From: an uncultured Candidatus Saccharibacteria bacterium
GTDB taxonomy: Bacteria; Patescibacteriota; Minisyncoccia; Phycocordibacterales; SBAW01
NCBI GenBank assembly: GCA_964459335.1
Contig: CAYWJX010000001.1
Coordinates: 33,642-97,641 of the forward strand
Reading direction: 5' to 3'
Length of the DNA: 64,000 nt
The position numbers were made by a program, and so were the translations under genes. This document shows positions 61,455 to 64,000 of the stretch, piece by piece; positions within the stretch are counted from its first letter, which is position 1, and every line of letters starts with the position of its first letter. The notes under the pieces are model-generated. The model saw nothing but the letters and a program-made list of their open reading frames with translations. It had not been told where the DNA came from and did not search any database.

Positions 61455-61895
61455 CTAATTGCTCATCAATGATTTAAAGAGCGTATTATACTCGTCTGCA
61501 GTTATTTGTGTAGATGAAGCTTCATCGCTTGAGTACTCTTGATAGAGATCATTGATTTGACCAAGGACTGTATCATCTTCTAAAACGATTGTATTCTCAT
61601 AAATATTGTAAAGGAAATTGCTATATGCAATTCCTGTAGTTGTATTGTTCCAATCTTCTGTCATCGTGGCGTAACAATTTCCATCTTGTGTGTTGTAGTG
61701 ATCGAAGTAGTCAGGACTAATTTGATACTTGATTGTCGCCATAGTTTGCACTTGTTGGTCGTGCCAGCTTTTTGCCGCTGTTGAACATTCAACTGACATT
61801 TCCTGTTCGTGAGTGGTTTTGATGTAATTTAAGTATAAAAATCCAACTAGAGCCAAAACGATGATGCTACCAGAAATGACAAGTGAGGATTTCAT
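61455..61895 (-). CDS. exported hypothetical protein
   Basis: N-terminal TM, HYN..CY motif. Confidence 0.6.
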   Translation of the reverse strand: MKSSLVISGSIIVLALVGFLYLNYIKTTHEQEMSVECSTAAKSWHDQQVQTMATIKYQISPDYFDHYNTQDGNCYATMTEDWNNTTTGIAYSNFLYNIYENTIVLEDDTVLGQINDLYQEYSSDEASSTQITADEYNTLFKSLMSN

Positions 61896-61975
61896 GATTG
61901 GTCTTTATTAATATAGCTTAAATATTAGCACTTAGCATTGATTGGCCGTCTAGGATGATATCTGAACGGCTTTGC

Positions 61976-62509
61976 TCACTCTTTAGGCATCAGAGAAGCG
62001 ACGTAATCATCAAAGTCTTTTTTAGCTCTATCGTACTCAAAAGGATCACCCCCGATCTTCATTTTTTCATTGGCCTCATTTGCTCTCTTCGACAGTTCCA
62101 TTATCTTCTGTGTTTCGTCGAGTGTCACACCTACACCAAGCTTCAAGCGAGTAAGCTTTTCAATAAATGAATCCATTTCACCCTCACTTAGAGGTTTGTT
62201 TAATATGGATATTTCTCTGGTTATTTCCTTACGCCACTTAGGTTCAACATCTTTTTCGCTATTGATCCAATTCGTCAGTCCCTCTTTTTGACTTTTTAAA
62301 ATTATGTCTGTTTCGAACCGCGAATTAACAAAAGCGGCCTTTTTTTCGCCAAATAGTTCGGAAAAAACTTTTAGGCGTTGTTCACTATTCATGTTAAAAA
62401 TCGAGTCAAAATCTAGACCCAACAATTGCGCAGCTTCTTGTTTGGTTAGACAATCCTCAATTGCAATAATTGGACTGCCCTTTTTAAACCAGTTAAATGT
62501 GATTTTCAT
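61976..62509 (-). CDS. hypothetical protein
   Basis: 177 aa ORF directly downstream of the resolvase-like gene. Confidence 0.65.
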   Translation of the reverse strand: MKITFNWFKKGSPIIAIEDCLTKQEAAQLLGLDFDSIFNMNSEQRLKVFSELFGEKKAAFVNSRFETDIILKSQKEGLTNWINSEKDVEPKWRKEITREISILNKPLSEGEMDSFIEKLTRLKLGVGVTLDETQKIMELSKRANEANEKMKIGGDPFEYDRAKKDFDDYVASLMPKE

Positions 62510-62514
62510 TTTCT

Positions 62515-62955
62515 TTAGGGTTTTTGAGTTACTTCTTCAGGGACTCGATATTCATGCCAACGCACCCTTTTCTCATTTACGACATCGCGTAATTTTCTTT
62601 GATTGGGGTTGAGTTGAGAGTTTCCGGATTTTATTTCAACAAAGACAACTTCGCTTATATCTTGCTCATCCATTCCTTTGAAGATAATAAAGTCAATCGG
62701 TTTTCCTATAAACCGTGCCTCGGAAGCTTTTAAATCTAATGGAAAATCAGGAAGGAACGGAGCAACCTGTTCAGAGATTAAACCTCCTAGAATTGACCTA
62801 GATTTTTTCTGACCACGTTTCCACAATTCTGATTCATTCGCTTTGCCGTAGAAAAAACCAATAAAAAATACTAAAGTTCCAGCGATAATCAAAATCACTA
62901 TGACTATCAAAAGCCAAGAAAGTCCGAAAACAAGAGGGTTTAAATTGAGTACCAT
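62515..62955 (-). CDS. Holliday junction resolvase-like PD-(D/E)XK endonuclease, membrane-anchored
   Basis: SRS.LGG..EQ.AP.LP, RF.G.PIDFI.F.G, F.EIK.G. Confidence 0.85.
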   Translation of the reverse strand: MVLNLNPLVFGLSWLLIVIVILIIAGTLVFFIGFFYGKANESELWKRGQKKSRSILGGLISEQVAPFLPDFPLDLKASEARFIGKPIDFIIFKGMDEQDISEVVFVEIKSGNSQLNPNQRKLRDVVNEKRVRWHEYRVPEEVTQKP

Positions 62956-63018
62956 ACGCTGTTGTAACCATTATGCAATCATGCTATGGTGTTGTCCAGA
63001 TAAGACAGAGAGGCCAAA

Positions 63019-63255
63019 ATGGCAAACTTCGATGAAGCAACCGAGCAGACACATCCTCTGCTCGATCAGTACAAGAAAGCATGGACGACCATTTACGATC
63101 CCGCCAAAGTTGCGGAGCTGAAATTGAAACTCAAAAAGCAGGTAGCCCAGCTCCCCTTGCAACATCCCGAGCTTGTGGAATATTTTGAGAGCCAATGTTG
63201 GCAAATTGAACAACGCTGGGCTCGGCCACAAGAAAAAGACCACTCGGTCAATTGA
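63019..63255 (+). CDS. hypothetical protein
   Basis: GAGG RBS and downstream terminator. Confidence 0.55.
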   Translation: MANFDEATEQTHPLLDQYKKAWTTIYDPAKVAELKLKLKKQVAQLPLQHPELVEYFESQCWQIEQRWARPQEKDHSVN

Positions 63256-63355
63256 TACCTCAACGAACGGAAGCCCACCATGGTGGGCTTTTTATTTTTG
63301 TACAAGTTCCAACCATCTTAATCCCTTATCTAAAAAATTCTTATGTCTTAACGAG

Positions 63356-63426
63356 CTGCCCGACAGGGATTCGAACCCCAATTAATGGCTTCAAAGGCCA
63401 CTGTCCTACCATTAGACGATCGGGCA
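63356..63426 (-). tRNA. tRNA-Gln(TTG)
   Basis: TGCCCGA acceptor, GTGGC-CTTTGAA-GCCAT, GGTTCGAATCC. Confidence 0.93.
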
Positions 63427-63498
63427 ATACTCAAAAGAGTACACTTTTTAAGGACTTTTTTCCACTCCCCCAGTTTGGCAAAATGATATAGTAATTTT

Positions 63499-64000
63499 AT
63501 GGATATAAAAATTGTTTCCTGGAACATCTGGTGTGATGGTCACTTTGACCAAATCGCAGAGTTTCTTAAAGGTTGCAACGCGGATATTATCGGCCTGCAA
63601 GAGGTGCTCTCCCACAGCAAGCAAATACCGGTTGTTGATTTACTGACATCGCTCGGCTATACGCATGCCTATGGGCAGGCGTTTACCATGTCGCTCGCCA
63701 ATGGCAAGACTGAAGAAATGGGCAATGCGGTATTTAGCAAATATCCGATTGTAGGCAGCACAGTTCATGCGCTGTCTGAAGAAAAGAAGCGTATTGCCGT
63801 GCAAGCTGATATTAATGTGTCAGGAACAGTATTGCATGTGTTTTCTACGCATTTGGTACACAGCCATCAGCAGCCTTCAGAGATCCAAGAGTTGCAGGCG
63901 GAGACTCTCATAAAAGCGCTTCCAAAAGAAAAGACGATTGTCATGGGAGATTTTAATGCAACCCCCGATAGCAATGCGGTAAAACAAATGAGGAGCGCAC
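63499..64000 (+). CDS. endonuclease/exonuclease/phosphatase family protein (partial)
   Basis: Manual translation: SWNI, DIIGLQEV, GNAVFSKYP, STHL, MGDFN. Confidence 0.9.
   Translation, partial: MDIKIVSWNIWCDGHFDQIAEFLKGCNADIIGLQEVLSHSKQIPVVDLLTSLGYTHAYGQAFTMSLANGKTEEMGNAVFSKYPIVGSTVHALSEEKKRIAVQADINVSGTVLHVFSTHLVHSHQQPSEIQELQAETLIKALPKEKTIVMGDFNATPDSNAVKQMRSA

Overview
Gene-dense bacterial chromosome segment whose gene content, shortened housekeeping proteins and -10 boxes close to start codons suggest Patescibacteria/CPR (Parcubacteria-like); this assignment is inference. Housekeeping genes: mnmA (partial), mltG, leuS, ychF, a reduced F1Fo ATP synthase operon, ddl, uvrC/uvrA/uvrB, tgt, purC, msrA, rarA, an ECF sigma factor with a MacAB-like efflux cluster, ABC transporters, a TrmH methylase and six intact tRNAs. 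An ~8.2 kb island is integrated at tRNA-Ala(TGC) (20141-28306). It appears to have split its own serine-recombinase gene and carries a RloC-like ATPase, a superinfection-immunity protein and a tyrosine recombinase. The strongest signal is a population of ~57-107 nt hairpin cassettes with a conserved loop and variable but self-complementary arms. They sit in frame inside core genes (uvrB x2, uvrC, tgt, atpG x2, rarA) and between genes. A REP-associated Y1 transposase (RAYT), itself containing three in-frame palindromes, lies between uvrB and tgt. Also present: a GIY-YIG gene between a palindrome-interrupted tRNA-Ala remnant and an intact tRNA-Ala, a candidate ECF promoter motif and a candidate small RNA.
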